This document shows positions 1-13,930 of a DNA stretch of 59,728 nucleotides, in pieces. This DNA is from Octopus bimaculoides (Eukaryota), in assembly GCF_001194135.2 (NCBI RefSeq), contig NC_068989.1, positions 62,528,479-62,588,206 of the forward strand. Direction: 5' to 3'. Within the stretch, counting starts at the first letter, position 1; every line of letters starts with the position of its first letter. Under the pieces are notes generated by a model that was given only the letters and a program-made list of their open reading frames with translations, was not told the DNA's origin and searched no databases. A program made the position numbers and the translations under genes.

Positions 1-46
1 TATATATATATATAGAACACATTTATAGCAATGTACCATGTACATG

Positions 47-98
<52 letters not shown>

Positions 99-394
99 CA
101 CTGATATGCCCATCGACAAATGAATGATGGTAAAGAAATTTTAAGTAGATGTTTCCAATAAGTATTCGCGATCAGCTTATCAGATGAACCAAAACAGATG
201 GATTCCGATCGTTTCACTAAATGAATAACGTCTATAAAAGATTACTCAAACGTGCGTAAATAAATTTTTCAAAATATTATCTCATATTCTGTGTCTTTCA
301 GCTCGCGTGCTCGTAAACATACACACACAGCCTAAATAAACTGACGTACACACACACGCAAGCGCACACACGCGCACACACAGGCAGACAAACA

Positions 395-436
<42 letters not shown>

Positions 437-1399
437 AGTTAGTGGTTGTATGGGTCAAGACACAACTCTACCTATGGCAAAGTGATACGCGTTAAGTAAC
501 ATGTGATAGTTGGTTAATCTGACCCAGAAAGTAGCGGATGTAATTTGTCAGTGATTAATTGCAGAGGAAGCTACGAAGAAGGATATAAATTTAATTGTGC
601 ATGCAATATTTTAATGTGTCTAAAAATATTTCAATTAAAATTACTTCGTTCATTAAATTCGAATAAATGAGAATAATAAGGGAAATTAAATATGTCAGTT
701 GCGTATATCCGATTTTTAGTTTGTATTTCCAGGTGTATTTTCGTGTGTGTGTGCGTTCGTGTACCAGCGTGCTTCAGCTAATATATCAGATATGATGTGC
801 TAGTTTAGGTTTTACATGCTTTCTTAAAAATATATGGTCCTTATTCATAAAGCACCCATACACATAAAAATATCTATATTGCTATATATATATATATNNN
901 NNNNNNNNNNNNNNNNNNNNNNNNNNNNNNNNNNNNNNNNNNNNNNNNNNNNNNNNNNNNNNNNNNNNNNNNNNNNNNNNNNNNNNNNNNNNNNNNNNNN
1001 NNNNNNNNNNNNNNNNNNNNNNNNNNNNNNNNNNNNNNNNNNNNNNNNNNNNNNNNNNNNNNNNNNNNNNNNNNNNNNNNNNNNNNNNNNNNNNNNNNNN
1101 NNNNNNNNNNNNNNNNNNNNNNNNNNNNNNNNNNNNNNNNNNNNNNNNNNNNNNNNNNNNNNNNNNNNNNNNNNNNNNNNNNNNNNNNNNNNNNNNNNNN
1201 NNNNNNNNNNNNNNNNNNNNNTTCTCACTAGACAACTGGTAGTAAATGAAATTTCTAAAATTTTTATTGCTACCCTATGATTTATTAATAATGATAAAAT
1301 GTTTTTTGGCTAATTTCTGAAAGAAAATCGGCATTCTATTTTTTTTTTCTACTGTCGATAAGGTAAACCGCACATGCGCGGTAAATTTTAAAAAATTAA

Positions 1400-1435
<36 letters not shown>

Positions 1436-2189
1436 AGTCATTTTTTTATGTAGTGCCTCGTGTTTATATGTTATATCTCGGTTGTTTCGTTGACGCTAGC
1501 TGACCTCGCAAAATATTTTATTTTGCTAAATTAGCTTGAAACCATGGTACGGAAAATAGATTGGTAAATGATTTTATTTTTCATTCCCTTTCGAAATTAT
1601 CCCTAATTGTGGTATAGAGTATTTGGCTGCTCTTTCTAGCGGGTTATATGTCCTATTATAGGCATCTCTGTATTCTAAAAGAAATATATATATATTTAAA
1701 ATTTTATATTGCTATATATATATGTAAAAGTTTATCCATCGTCTGACCAATGTGTTCAGTATGAGATTCCATTAAGGTAATATTCCAAATGTTAGAGATA
1801 GTACCCGACTTTACTAAAAAGAGCCACATAGTACAAGGACTGAGTGGACATAGTAAAATATATTGCGTGTCAGATGATAAAGAATACAGTAAATTTAAAA
1901 ATGAACTTTCGAAACAAATTTTGAAAGGATGTGGTATGATTGGAAGTTTGCTGTTAATCTAAATAGGCTGTGTGATGCTATGGTGGTAGGTTTTATCTTC
2001 TGCGAGCATGCAACGTGATTTCAATGTTTACAATTATTGCATCATTCAACATTACGCTACACACAGCTCAAAATATCGAACACATGTGAGTGTTTAAATT
2101 GCGGCTACTGGAAAAAAAAAAACAATGAATGAACTTTAGTATTGCATTACCAGAAAATCGATAATATAGGTAATATTCATGAGGTAGAC

Positions 2190-2370
2190 AGCTATTTTAG
2201 TGGAATTACGGTAGTCTTCCCTGGTGACTGGCGCCAAATAAAACGATTTTCTTACAAATGGTAGCAGTACAGAGGCAATTAATGAATGGTTTAAGAATTC
2301 TCTTGTTGGAAGAATTTCAGGTCATGCTATTTAACAGAAATGTTTAGAATGGTAGAGAGTATGCACGAAA
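2190..2370 (+). mobile_element. Helitron RepHel PIF1-type helicase remnant (frameshifted)
   Basis: Manual translation gives FSGITVVFPGDWRQI, then after a frameshift NGSSTEAINEWFKNSL-WKNFRSCYLTE-RM. This matches the PIF1/Helitron helicase motif FGGxxVVFxGDxRQILPV...S.LW...LT.NMR. Confidence 0.7.
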
Positions 2371-4267
2371 AAATTGCATTTAAGAGAAACTTTGGAGAGG
2401 AACATTATTGAATTAGTGTTAGGAGTCGAAGAAATTCTATTCAGCTAAACTCAATCGCAGAACGAAATTTGAGATAATCTTATACATCATTTTACTACTA
2501 TGTTTTTTTATAGGACATCAGGAAAACTGTAAATATAAGTTCTGCAAGAAAATATTGTGATGGCTTTGGTTGTGGGTGAATGTATGGTGGGATGCTTATG
2601 ATCTCATGGAACCTTTATAGAAAGACGGCCAGTAGTTGTTTTATTCGTCTCCTGATTTACAAAATATTTTTAATAATTCAATCTCCTCGTCCCGATTCTC
2701 ATTCTTCTCACGTAAATAATTTTTCATTTTGAACAATTACTATGAACTTCGCAAATTTGATTAGATCTTACAAGTTCTTAAATAGATTTACCAAACTACA
2801 GATTACAAATGTAATTCTTAACAATTACTATCTTGCGTCCTACTTATCCAACCAATTTTATCGATTTGAGTTGAGTGTTTATGTAATACAAAACAAGAAA
2901 ACAAGTTGGTAATTGACCCATTCGTCTGAAAATTGAAATAGATATATTTCTGTTTAGGGCAACAACTGACGTCTATAAAATATCGGGACCTGATGTCTGC
3001 ACAGAAGAGTGGTATTTAAAGTTCAAAATATAAAATATAAGCAAATTTCCAGAACTTTTTAACTGCAAAGTCATGTTCACTTTGAACAACTAAATGTATT
3101 CTTGATAATCCAGCAGCTTGTAAAACATAAATTGAAGCTGAGACATATACAGATTCCTCTTAGGCCCTACATAGCATTAATATTACTGGGGCCTCTCTTC
3201 ATTGATCTTTAGTCAAAATATGTTTTAATTCTTGTTTTTGCTATAATGGAAAATATAAAAGAGTCTAACCCTTTTTTATATTCTTGTGATGTCTCCTCAC
3301 CCGTCGTTTTCCTGGCAGAATAAAAAACCCACTAGTTATTAGCAATAGTATTATTATTAAAAACCACTGCAGAACATTCAAGTACATATTGACTGAGATA
3401 TATAATAAATCATTCCAAAGGTTAGGTTATATATCAATGTTTATATTATCTTGGCAATCATTTATTGCCGAATTTACATATTTACATCTAAATAGTAACA
3501 AATGAATTGCTGATGCGACATATCATGAATAAAAAGCAAAATATTAATAAACTAGCCGCAATATCGATTTCTATAAAAGATAATATTCAGGTACGAAAGA
3601 TCATTGAAATCTTGCTTCGTCTTTTAGTTTTTCTTGTTTTTTTTAGTTCTTTTTTTTTCTTTCATATTTTACGTTTTTAGCAATATTACTTCAAACACAT
3701 CTAACATCTTTCTTTAATGTATCATAAATGTTGTTTGAATGTATTCTAATAATTATAGAGTGGTGAGGATTATATACCACGTTTCGTTATTCAGGGATGT
3801 TTGGCTGATATGTATGCATATATCTATATATATANNNNNNNNNNNNNNNNNNNNNNNNNNNNNNNNNNNNNNNNNNNNNNNNNNNNNNNNNNNNNNNNNN
3901 NNNNNNNNNNNNNNNNNNNNNNNNNNNNNNNNNNNNNNNNNNNNNNNNNNNNNNNNNNNNNNNNNNNNNNNNNNNNNNNNNNNNNNNNNNNNNNNNNNNN
4001 NNNNNNNNNNNNNNNNNNNNNNNNNNNNNNNNNNNNNNNNNNNNNNNNNNNNNNNNNNNNNNNNNNNNNNNNNNNNNNNNNNNNNNNNNNNNNNNNNNNN
4101 NNNNNNNNNNNNNNNNNNNNNNNNNNNNNNNNNNNNNNNNNNNNNNNNNNNNNNNNNNNNNNNNNNNNNNNNNNNNNNNNNNNNNNNNNNNNNNNNNNNN
4201 NNNNNNNNNNNNNNNNNNNNNNNNNNNNNNNNNNNNNNNNNNNNNNNNNNNNNNNNNNNNNNNNNNN

Positions 4268-4320
<53 letters not shown>

Positions 4321-5279
4321 TAAACATCCACACGCAATCAGTCACATGAACAGATGCACAAATTATGAGTATATATATTTGTATATATACCTGTGCATAT
4401 ATATATATATATATATAAATATATATACAATACACACACACACTAACAGGTACATCCACAGACGCACTGTAATATACCCAAACGCATACACACATACGGC
4501 TACATGCATTGAAATGTTAATGCTGTTTTTCAAAGAAATAGAAGAGGAGTCCTCATCGCATCAATATGTTGAGCAGTGTCTATTGCATTTTTGAAAAAGA
4601 ATTTGTTTCCACTCAAATAAATTTTCACACACTAAAATCAACAGTTTTATTTTGTTTTACTAATTGAGATTCGGTTTGCATAATGTGGCACGGTTTAAAA
4701 TCTTATGCGTTGTTTTATGAAATGAAGACGTTTTCAAATTTGACCTTTGTTTCATATCTTGTTCACTTTATTCTGTTTGTCTTTCCCGTTACATCTTGAT
4801 TGGTTCGTTGAAAATACCTTTTGGTATGATTGCTTTACGTCACCTATTGCATAGATGTTCTTCGATTTTGCTTGCTGATATCTTAATTACAAGCTCTCCT
4901 TCTGAAAAAACACTACCAGCATGTTGCTTCTAGTTGTAGAATTTGCTGATTGTTATGTCTATGATTCATGTTTTGCATTCTAACATTTTATCGTTACATC
5001 ATGTGGTTGTAAATTGTCTTTAATATCAAAATGTATAGTATGTGTAACATTTCATCTATGATTACTTAGAATTCATATCTTTGCTTTGTGAGTATTTTGC
5101 ATAATTTACTTTTTTTGGAGCTAGGTCGGTTGCATCATTATATGATGTTAATAATGTGATATAATTCTCCTTATTTATTCAGTTGATACATCTCTGTGTG
5201 TTCAATCATATTGTAGTAAAGTGCTTAGAGAGAAACCACGCAGAATGCGGTGGGTTTTGTATGCAATGTGTGTATGTTG

Positions 5280-5316
5280 CTATGCATGCATGCTTGTGTG
5301 TATGTATGTGTGTATG

Positions 5317-5350
<34 letters not shown>

Positions 5351-5428
5351 TGTATGTATGTATGTATGCATGCATGCATGCATGCATGTATGTATGCATG
5401 TATGTATGTATGCATGTAAGCATGTATG
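5280..5428. repeat. Compound (TATG)n/(TGCA)n microsatellite
   Basis: Directly visible tandem units. Confidence 0.95.
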
Positions 5429-5444
5429 TACGGTCGGGCTCTGT

Positions 5445-5560
5445 TAGAACTACTGGTAAGATGTAACTCAGAAAAAAGTGTTGTATGGGAAAGTCGAGTC
5501 GGCTAAGCCTGCTTGGGAGGAGGATGGCTTTTGTTGGACACCCTACTGGACGAAAACTAA
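5445..5560 (+). mobile_element. Possible RTE-clade LINE 3' ORF remnant
   Basis: KKVLYGKVESAKPAW resembles the RTE C-terminal pattern RLPKKVLYG....RxxGRP. The match is short and degenerate. Confidence 0.3.
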
Positions 5561-6134
5561 TGCCAGTCAAATGCAGATGGATTCAGTACAATTAACAGCC
5601 ATCCAACAGCCATGTATAAGATACCACCTAGTTTTTTTTTTTGTTTGTTTTTGTGATATCTCTTTAGCAGAAGGTCGAATATAATGTAAAATCTCCGACT
5701 TCGTTTGCATCCAATGGTCTAATTTATTTGTTATAAGAGGAGGGACAAATGCTTTCGTTGTTTAGAGAGTGCGATTGATCCTGTGTAAGTTCTTTCTTCA
5801 CTTTCTAAAAGCTTCAGTCACATGCATCGTTTCCTTTTCAACATTTGTTTTAAGTGTTCCAAATCATAGTTAGCTGAAGTCGCGAAAGTCAAAACATTAA
5901 ATGAAAAATTCCATGTGATGGAAGGCATGTGTCAGCGTAAGTGATAACCTCTCTGAATACCTGCTGCAAGAGATGCCTATCGTTGCCTCATCTGCGCAAA
6001 GAACAAAATTAATAAGCCGCATCCACGATGCTCATGTTTCAGAGAACAAACAGTCGACAGCGTTGCCTGAAATCCACTGGCAGTTATCAAATATGTGTAT
6101 GTGTGTATGTAGGCGTATGCACGAATAGACACAT

Positions 6135-6199
6135 ATGTGTATGTGTATTTCTGAATGTGTGTGTGTGTGTGTGTGCGTGTGTGTGGGTGCGTGTGTGTG

Positions 6200-6239
<40 letters not shown>

Positions 6240-6252
6240 TGTGTGTGTGTGT
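6135..6252. repeat. (GT)n microsatellite
   Basis: Directly visible. Confidence 0.95.
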
Positions 6253-7641
6253 ATTTTTGCCTGTATATATTTTACTACATAACTTCTAAAAATTGGTATT
6301 GCTTTTGTTCCTGCACAAATAGAGACGATAAAACGAACACTAGACCGAAATATGTGGTTAAGCTGCGATGAACATTAAATCTGTTGCGGTACACTTTCAT
6401 GATTCCAGTCCATTTATGTGAACCAGTATATCTCGTGAAAATGTTAAAGGAGATTCTTTCATATATATATATTCTTCCATATACTTGTGTAAAAAAGAAC
6501 TTACACGAATGTAATTTCGGTGTACATAAGACGGCATGTTCAGGATAATGTTAAGGGTTAAATACTAAAGAAAAAAAAATGACCAGCTTGATGGTTACTG
6601 TGAAATATATAACAAGCCTAACATTCTGAAATCTATAATACCGACACCCACCCACATATGCACAGTTGTAGCCACACATACGCACAAGCACTTGCATAGA
6701 CATACATAAATGCATACATACAGGTTAGTGCGCAATTGTGTCTGATAACTATTAGCGTCTGCACTATCATGAATAATAAATGATGACTATAATCACTTTG
6801 AAGTTCCAATACACAGCATATCGACACTTATTAAATCATGCCTCAAAGTCCACCTGTAACGATTACATGCATTGATAGCGATGGAATAGTCATTGCATGA
6901 ACATGGTCAAGTTTCGAAATTTTCAAATGATGATATTATAGCGTAACTTTATATGTATTTAGTCCAGTGATATCAGATTCTAATAATCATAATAAAGCAA
7001 GCGGAAACATCACTTAGAGGAATTTGTGTCATCACAATAGGCAAGACTGATATGAATCCTAACACACAACTAAGCGTAATTAAATAAATTATGTTCTATA
7101 GATGTCTTCCGTATCATAGCTATTTAATAAGTACATGCTACTAATTGAAATGATATTAGATTGGTAACATTGAAATGAATGCATTGAAAATCACAGCATT
7201 CGGTTTCTAATAATACAACTAATCTTAGGATGATAATTAAACGCTTATTGTTAATTGAAACAGCAGAATATTCTGATATAACAAATTTCGTAATGTAAAT
7301 AATTACTGCGACACAGCATATATTTAATAAATATTTCTGCGTATGTGTCTGTCTATCACTCTCCATTTCTCTGTCTGTCTGTATGTCCGTCTGTCTGTAT
7401 GTCCGTCTGTCCGCGATGAATAGAAGATACAAAGGGATAATTGGGCCGATAGTGTATTGGCATACCCTAGATATCTATTGTATCTTCTACTGACTAAACC
7501 ATGTATTTCCTCAAATACGGACATATTTATCTATACTTATATTTTGTACACCCATTTTTTTTCTTTCTCTCTCTCATTCTCTCTCCCTTTATATAGATAT
7601 ATATGAGTGTGTGTGAGCGTGCTTATGAGTGTTTGTGTGTG

Positions 7642-7673
<32 letters not shown>

Positions 7674-7694
7674 CATGTGTGTGTGCGTGTGTGT

Positions 7695-7945
7695 GATAGA
7701 ATCTCCTGTCGAAGACGACACGTGGGTGGTCAGCGTTTGACCTGCAAATATTTGTGTTGTACATAAGCTCACGCTCTCCATCAAATATTCGTTACCTGAC
7801 CAGGAGCAACAGTGTACGCCGAGTCAGGTGTCGAACAGATCAGAGAGCAACATGAGATGAAGTGATTTTTTTTCTTCTTCAGAATACGACACACCGCCAT
7901 TCGTGATCGTGACTGCAGCACCGTATCCATCAGGCCGGGTGTTTT
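7695..7945 (-). mobile_element. tRNA-derived SINE, degraded (similar head/core type to 57327-57604)
   Basis: The + strand reads caggtgtcgaacagatcagagagcaacatgagatgaagtg...cacaccgcc...cgtgatcgtgactgcagcaccgtatccatcaggcc. Its reverse complement is a degenerate tRNA-like head followed by a core-like segment. Confidence 0.55.
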
Positions 7946-8249
7946 TTCTGTTTATATAGAANNNNNNNNNNNNNNNNNNNNNNNNNNNNNNNNNNNNNNN
8001 NNNNNNNNNNNNNNNNNNNNNNNNNNNNNNNNNNNNNNNNNNNNNNNNNNNNNNNNNNNNNNNNNNNNNNNNNNNNNNNNNNNNNNNNNNNNNNNNNNNN
8101 NNNNNNNNNNNNNNNNNNNNNNNNNNNNNNNNNNNNNNNNNNNNNNNNNNNNNNNNNNNNNNNNNNNNNNNNNNNNNNNNNNNNNNNNNNNNNNNNNNNN
8201 NNNNNNNNNNNNNNNNNNNNNNNNNNNNNNNNNNNNNNNNNNNNNNNNN

Positions 8250-8360
8250 TATATATATATATATATATGGCAATTTCAGTCTGTCTGTCTGTTACTAACT
8301 CAGTGCCTAAACTACTGAACGAATATTCACGAAATTTTGCATATAAGTGACACTTACATG
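8250..8360 (+). mobile_element. Non-autonomous Helitron/Helentron (DINE-1-like) 5' segment
   Basis: (TA)n, then tctgtctgtctgtt...aaactactgaacgaatattcacgaaattttgcatataag. This is the typical DINE-1/HINE arrangement of a microsatellite followed by the aaactactg..ga..tt..gaaattt block. Confidence 0.45.
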
Positions 8361-9019
8361 CAGTTCAATAATAGGTTAATTCAATTTCAATAAAATCCAT
8401 AATGAGCCCCTTTCCATAGACGTTGGTCAAATTATATGATAACATGAGAAGATTGCAAATTATAAGTCTGAGCGAAAATGTGATTTCTATCAGTGAACGC
8501 AAGAGCAACGGAAGTAATGGGATAGTAACGTTACTATAACTGTCATATAAGGTAGTAGCAAAGAGAGTGAGGGTGACTTCCACCAGTGAAGGCGACAACA
8601 ACGGTAGGATTGGGGGTTCTAATACTACTAACGTTAATAACTTTAATATGACCAGCATTTTCCCCGTGTACAAGTTCGTAGATTGGTTGAACAGTACTAA
8701 CGTTCTCCTAACCGTTACCCACTCAATATCTTAAAAGTAAACTGTGGTTCTCTTCAAATGTGCACAAGGCTATGAAACCGTTATAATTAAAATAATACTT
8801 GTCAAACAATTCCGAAACTTCCTATTGGAAATTCACCGAGCATCTTTCGCTAATTTCGACGAGAAAACGCTCTTGGTGGTGAAACATACTAGGAATTGTC
8901 CAACTATCCTTAACATAACATATTTCAATCTCGATTATTAAATGGTTGCAAAGGGACAACATGAAGTTTTGGTTTAGATCTGCGTGTATGTGTATGCATG
9001 TGTGCATTTGTCATCTATA

Positions 9020-9632
9020 CGAGGTCTGATCAATAAGAATACAGACTGTCACGATAGTAACGAAGCTGAAGCACGCAGATTGAAGCCGCTTGGCAATGAT
9101 TGACCCTGATCTCTTTTGTGCATGTGCACTAAGTTACAACGTTCTAGCTCACTTTCGCTGTTTAGAGCAGGACTTGGAAAGAGGGTGTATAGCATGTGAT
9201 TGCCGCATTGACCTCGACGGAGAAAGCTGTCATGGCGATACCCACTCAGAGGCCTACTCAAAGATACAGAAAGTGTATGGAGATAGGTGTATGAGCCGCA
9301 CAGAACAGTACACGCAGTTCAGACGTTTCTATGATGGCCGAAAAAATATCGATGTACACGAACGTTCAGGTAGACCAGCAACCAGGAGAACTGAGAAAAC
9401 TATCGCAGTTGTGCGCGCAGCTGTGAGTGAAAACCATCGAATCAGAATCTGTGAGTTATCAGAGGATGGGAAGATTAGTAACGGTTTAGTTCAGACCATT
9501 ATCACTGACGCTGAAGATTTGTGTAAGAGACGAATGTCTGCCAAGTTTGTGACAAAACTGCGCTCAGCTGACCAAAAAACTCTCGGGTTTCAGTTGTACA
9601 AGATCTCCATGGTTGTGTCCAGCTTTGCCTAG
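9020..9632 (+). mobile_element. mariner (Tc1/mariner) transposon, 3'-truncated; N-terminal HTH of the transposase
   Basis: TA followed by TIR-like cgaggtctgatcaataag. ORF 9090-9632 contains HSEAYSKIQKVYGDRCMSRT...FRRFYDGRKNIDVHERSGRP...LCKRRMSAKFVTKL, i.e. the Mos1-type HTH, SGRP and a WVP(K)L-equivalent motif. Confidence 0.9.
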
Positions 9633-10073
9633 ACCTCAGGTATCGCGAAGCTTATATATACTCACAAGCATATATATACTCACTCATGTGTATATGCACA
9701 CAGGAAATCTTGGCATTTGCGTTACTTCCTTTTATCCTTCAAACAATATAACATGTTTCATATGTATATTTTAATATGTGGCGATTTCTATTTTCCGTAC
9801 ATATAAATGCTCTCTCAAATATAACTTCACTTCAACCTTAAATCTCTGACAAAGGTATAGGTTAATACACAACATTCAGCTTTGGGTGAATGCACATTAT
9901 AGCAAACACAGCTGTAAACTAATGATATTTACTACATAATTTCTTGATCACTTGTCATTTTTTAATCTTTTATACTGCTCTCAACTAGACAAATAATGTT
10001 CTTGAGATGGACATGTATATTGAGTTCTAACACAAGGTTTTGGGCATTGGTATGCTTAATCTATCTATCAATC

Positions 10074-10124
<51 letters not shown>

Positions 10125-11245
10125 GTCACAAACTGACACACACAAGATCATATAGATATGATATTTACTTACATCATCTGAATTCTTAGTTAATATAAAA
10201 TGAGGTTGAATTTCCAAACGAGACATTTCCAGAGGTAACAAAGAAAATCGATAAGGAGAAAAAGGTGTTTCTGTCACGAATGGAAAAGAAGAGAATCGAT
10301 GTTGTTAAATGGTGTTAAATGGAGATAAGTACTGGACTAGAAACATTGAGAGAATGGGCTGACTGACAAGAGCATTCATAAAAGTCTTACACATACGCCT
10401 ACAGAAATAGAGATAGGGATATAGATCAATGGTACTGGTATTGACATACGATCGATTGAGAAAATAAGTGTATAAAGGAGGAACACTAAAACAATGAATG
10501 AGAAGGCAAATATATACATCAATAGAAATAAAGACAAATAGACTGATCGACCAAAAATAGAGATAGTGTTAATATTTGCTCCATCCGTCGTGTGTGGATT
10601 ATCGATTGTAAAGTCTGGGTAATGTGAATTTTCAAATAATGCAGTTGGCAAAGTTTTCTGAGAGGTATTTTAGTAATAAGATTTTAGTAAAAAAGATTTC
10701 TATCCCTTTATGTTACAAATATCGCAAGGATTAATTTCCGCCAACTGCACTTTTGTTGTACAGGGTGCATTGCAATTGTGATAAATCGCTATGAAATTAT
10801 CTGCTAAGAATCAGATGTACGAGGCGAAAGAGATTTATTTGCTTTTGCCTGGTTTGTAAGTTTTACATACAAAAATTTCGGATGATTGATTCTAGATTTT
10901 GTTTATTCGTTAAATATCTGATGACGTATATTATTGACATTTGTATGATATCACATCAACTATAATTTACCTCTCTGGTCACAAAGATCTTCTTTTAGAA
11001 TCCATCCCCTTAAGGGGAAAACACACGTCTTTACCATAATTGTAAGATATATATATATATGAGTATGGAACCATATTGTTTGGGATGAAAACAGTTTTAG
11101 GATTTCGATTATTTCGCTTATTTACATGTCGCTCTCAAAACAAGCGTTTACAATCAAGCTTCCACCCACCGCATACAAAAAGACACAAATATCTAACTGC
11201 ATCTGTTGAGGTTTCTGCATATTTCCAATGATAGTTGTTGTTAGT

Positions 11246-11460
11246 GAGACGGTGAACTAGCGGAACCGTTAGCACACAGGGTGAAGTATTTGACAGTTCT
11301 ATGTCCGTCGCTAACTTATAAGTTCAAATGTCGCCGAGATGGACCTTGCCCTTCATCGTTTCTGGTTCGATTAAATAAGTAGCAGTTAAACAATGGCGTC
11401 GATGTAATCGACATTTCCTCTCCCCGATATTGCTTCCCATGTGGAAAAGTTTGAAACTAA
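11246..11460 (+). mobile_element. tRNA-like SINE family A, copy 1
   Basis: Head ggtgaactagcggaaccgttagca, B-box-like agttcaaatgtc, central gtcgatgtaatcgac palindrome and 3' tttgaaac. It aligns with three other copies in the window. Confidence 0.8.
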
Positions 11461-11558
11461 TATTTGTTCTTTGTTCATGTAGTCATTCAATATTCTTCAT
11501 CCTAGCTATGTACTTAAAACGACATACATAAAAACATGTCTGTGTGAATGAGTATGTG

Positions 11559-11616
<58 letters not shown>

Positions 11617-12367
11617 NNNNNNNNNNNNNNNNNNNNNNNNNNNNNNNNNNNNNNNNNNNNNNNNNNNNNNNNNNNNNNNNNNNNNNNNNNNNNNNNNNNN
11701 NNNNNNNNNNNNNNNNNNNNNNNNNNNNNNNNNNNNNNNNNNNNNNNNNNNNNNNNNNNNNNNNNNNNNNNNNNNNNNNNNNNNNNNNNNNNNNNNNNNN
11801 NNNNNNNNNNNNNNNNNNNNNNNNNNNNNNNNNNNNNNNNNNNNNNNNNNNNNNNNTATAAGAAAATAGAGAGATAACATATTTATTTATTAATTAAAAA
11901 ACTAGACATCATCTCTGACTTCTGGCAGCTGCTTCGATTCCAGGCCTTTATAGATTAATTACCATATTTAAAACCAATTGAAAGTTGAATCTCATCAGAG
12001 TCGGCTAAAGATATACATTTAGGTGTTCATATTCATGCTTCTTGAGTATGCGGCTCTAATTGTATATCTTTCGCCAACTCAGATGGGATTCGACTTTTAA
12101 GTGGTTTTAATTATGGTAAATAACTTCTAAAGGTCTGGATGCGAAATAGCTATCAGAGATGATGTCTAATTTTTTAATTGATAACTGATTATTAATTATC
12201 TTTCCATTCTCTTATCTTCCTAAATTATAGGTAGAACACGGTTTATCTAGTTACCTTACCGTTGAATATTAATCGTAATGTTCAACACCTTTTGAATTGG
12301 TAACTAACCAGTGTTTTCATTGGATTTTATTATCCGTTAATGACGTTTGTAACCTCTATTGGAACTC

Positions 12368-12403
<36 letters not shown>

Positions 12404-12479
12404 ATGTATGTATATATATGCATATATGTGTGTGTATGCTGACGTATATAAATATATAGGTATAAGTTAGGGGTGTTAG

Positions 12480-13450
12480 CTACGTAGGTACAGTCCTTGG
12501 TAAAAGGTATACCGTAGCAAGTAATTCGGCGGGTAAATTGTAGTCTAAATTATATGCAAGAAGAACAGGGAGGAAAAATAACAGGAAGAAGTTGGCCGTT
12601 TGCGCTAGTAAGCCATTAATTTGATAAATTAATAAAGAAAAGTGGTAGTAATAGTACATTTACGATCGTTTCTGTTTACCTGTTGTAGAGGTAGAGGTAA
12701 GAAGAACGAAAGGCATAGGGATCCATTGGTATACATTATAGTAGATTTCATAGTTGATAATTCTCTGCTGTGAAGTGGATGTAGGATGGAAGTTATTTTG
12801 ATCTGTTGTCCCAAGTTTAAGTACGCGCATATTTTCTACGTATTTATTCTGGCTAGACTATTCACCGCCGGTAAAAAGAAAGGGAGTTAACTCTAACTCA
12901 TCGTGAAAAGAAGGATAACTCTATCCGGATTACTCATCCTGGGGTGAGTAAGGAATTTGTCTTTTGGACTTCAAGTTGTAGGAAGTTCGTAGTAATGGAG
13001 AAAGCATTGTGTAGGTGTAAAATAATTTATTATGGGTTGTGGAAAGCAAGTTGGGGTTGGGAGGTAAATGATTGCGTGTAAGTAGTTTAAGTAGTTCCCT
13101 GCTAAATGGGATTATTTAGATGAAGAAGAGAGCGTAGGATTAGAACAGGGTGAAGCCGATACTTGGAAAAGTCAAAAGCTATAGGTAGAAAAAAACCGTT
13201 CTCATATTTTCTATTAAGAAGAAGCTGTTTAGCGGTTAGAATTTCCAGGCGTTCAGTTAAACAGAGATAGTACCGTCTATTGGTAGTTTTGCAAGAAGTT
13301 GTTTTTGCGAGTATTCGCCATTGTAATCTATATAGAATATGTTTCTGCGATTATGCGCCATTCTAATGTATATAGAATGTAGATTAGAATGGCACATAGT
13401 CGCAAAAACAACTTCTTACAACACTACCAATAGACGGTGCGTCCTCGATC
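12480..13450 (-). mobile_element. Penelope-like element remnant with inverted duplication of the endonuclease C-terminus
   Basis: The minus strand at 13320-13200 reads WRILAKTTSCKTTNRRYYLCLTERLEILTAKQLLLNRK, and the plus strand at 13385-13440 reads EWHIVAKTTSYNTTNRRCVL. Both match the Penelope GIY-YIG tail W.IL.K...Y.....RC.LCL.EK..I....LLNKR. Confidence 0.6.
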
Positions 13451-13844
13451 CTCTTTTACTTGCAAAAAACTTAATGCATAAGAAGTCTGAAGTATTTCAT
13501 AAGTATGTCAAGCTTTTGACCAGCTTAACTCGTAAATTTGTGCATAGCGGGAGTCCAAACTTTCCTACAGCATTCTGAAAACGGGATCGGTAGAGACCTG
13601 TGACAAGTAATGTTTAGTGGGAAGTAAGCCCGTCGTATATACATATATGTATATAGAAATATGTATGTGTGCGCGTCTGTGTGTATCTATGTGCGTGTCC
13701 GTGTGTCAATGTCTGTGTGTGTGTTTGTGTCTGTGTTTGAACTCCTTCCACTTGACAACTGGTTTTGGTGCACTCAGATCCATGCAAATTAGTCGCACGA
13801 GAAAAGAAACTGATAAAATACGTACTAGACTTAAAAAAAAAAAA

Positions 13845-13930
13845 AAAATAGTCGATGTTTCGACTAAGTCCTTTGAAGGCGGTGCCCTAGGATGGCTGCA
13901 GTCAAGTGAGTGAAACAAATAAAACAATAT
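13845..13930 (+). mobile_element. SINE 3' fragment (ggcggtgccc..gatggctgcagtc...gaaacaaataaaa tail)
   Basis: gtcgatgtttcgac palindrome, then gaaggcggtgccctaggatggctgcagtcaagtgagtgaaac and an A-rich tail. A similar fragment lies at 52028-52095. Confidence 0.6.

Noticed and set aside
8820-8960. Minus-strand VKDSWTIPSMFHHQERFLVEISERCS as a hAT dimerisation domain
   Set aside because: The similarity is too short and gapped to support, and no termini were found.
10350-10660. Possible RTE endonuclease remnant (IVLIFAPS, NNAVGKVF)
   Set aside because: Only two weak motif-like words, which is insufficient.
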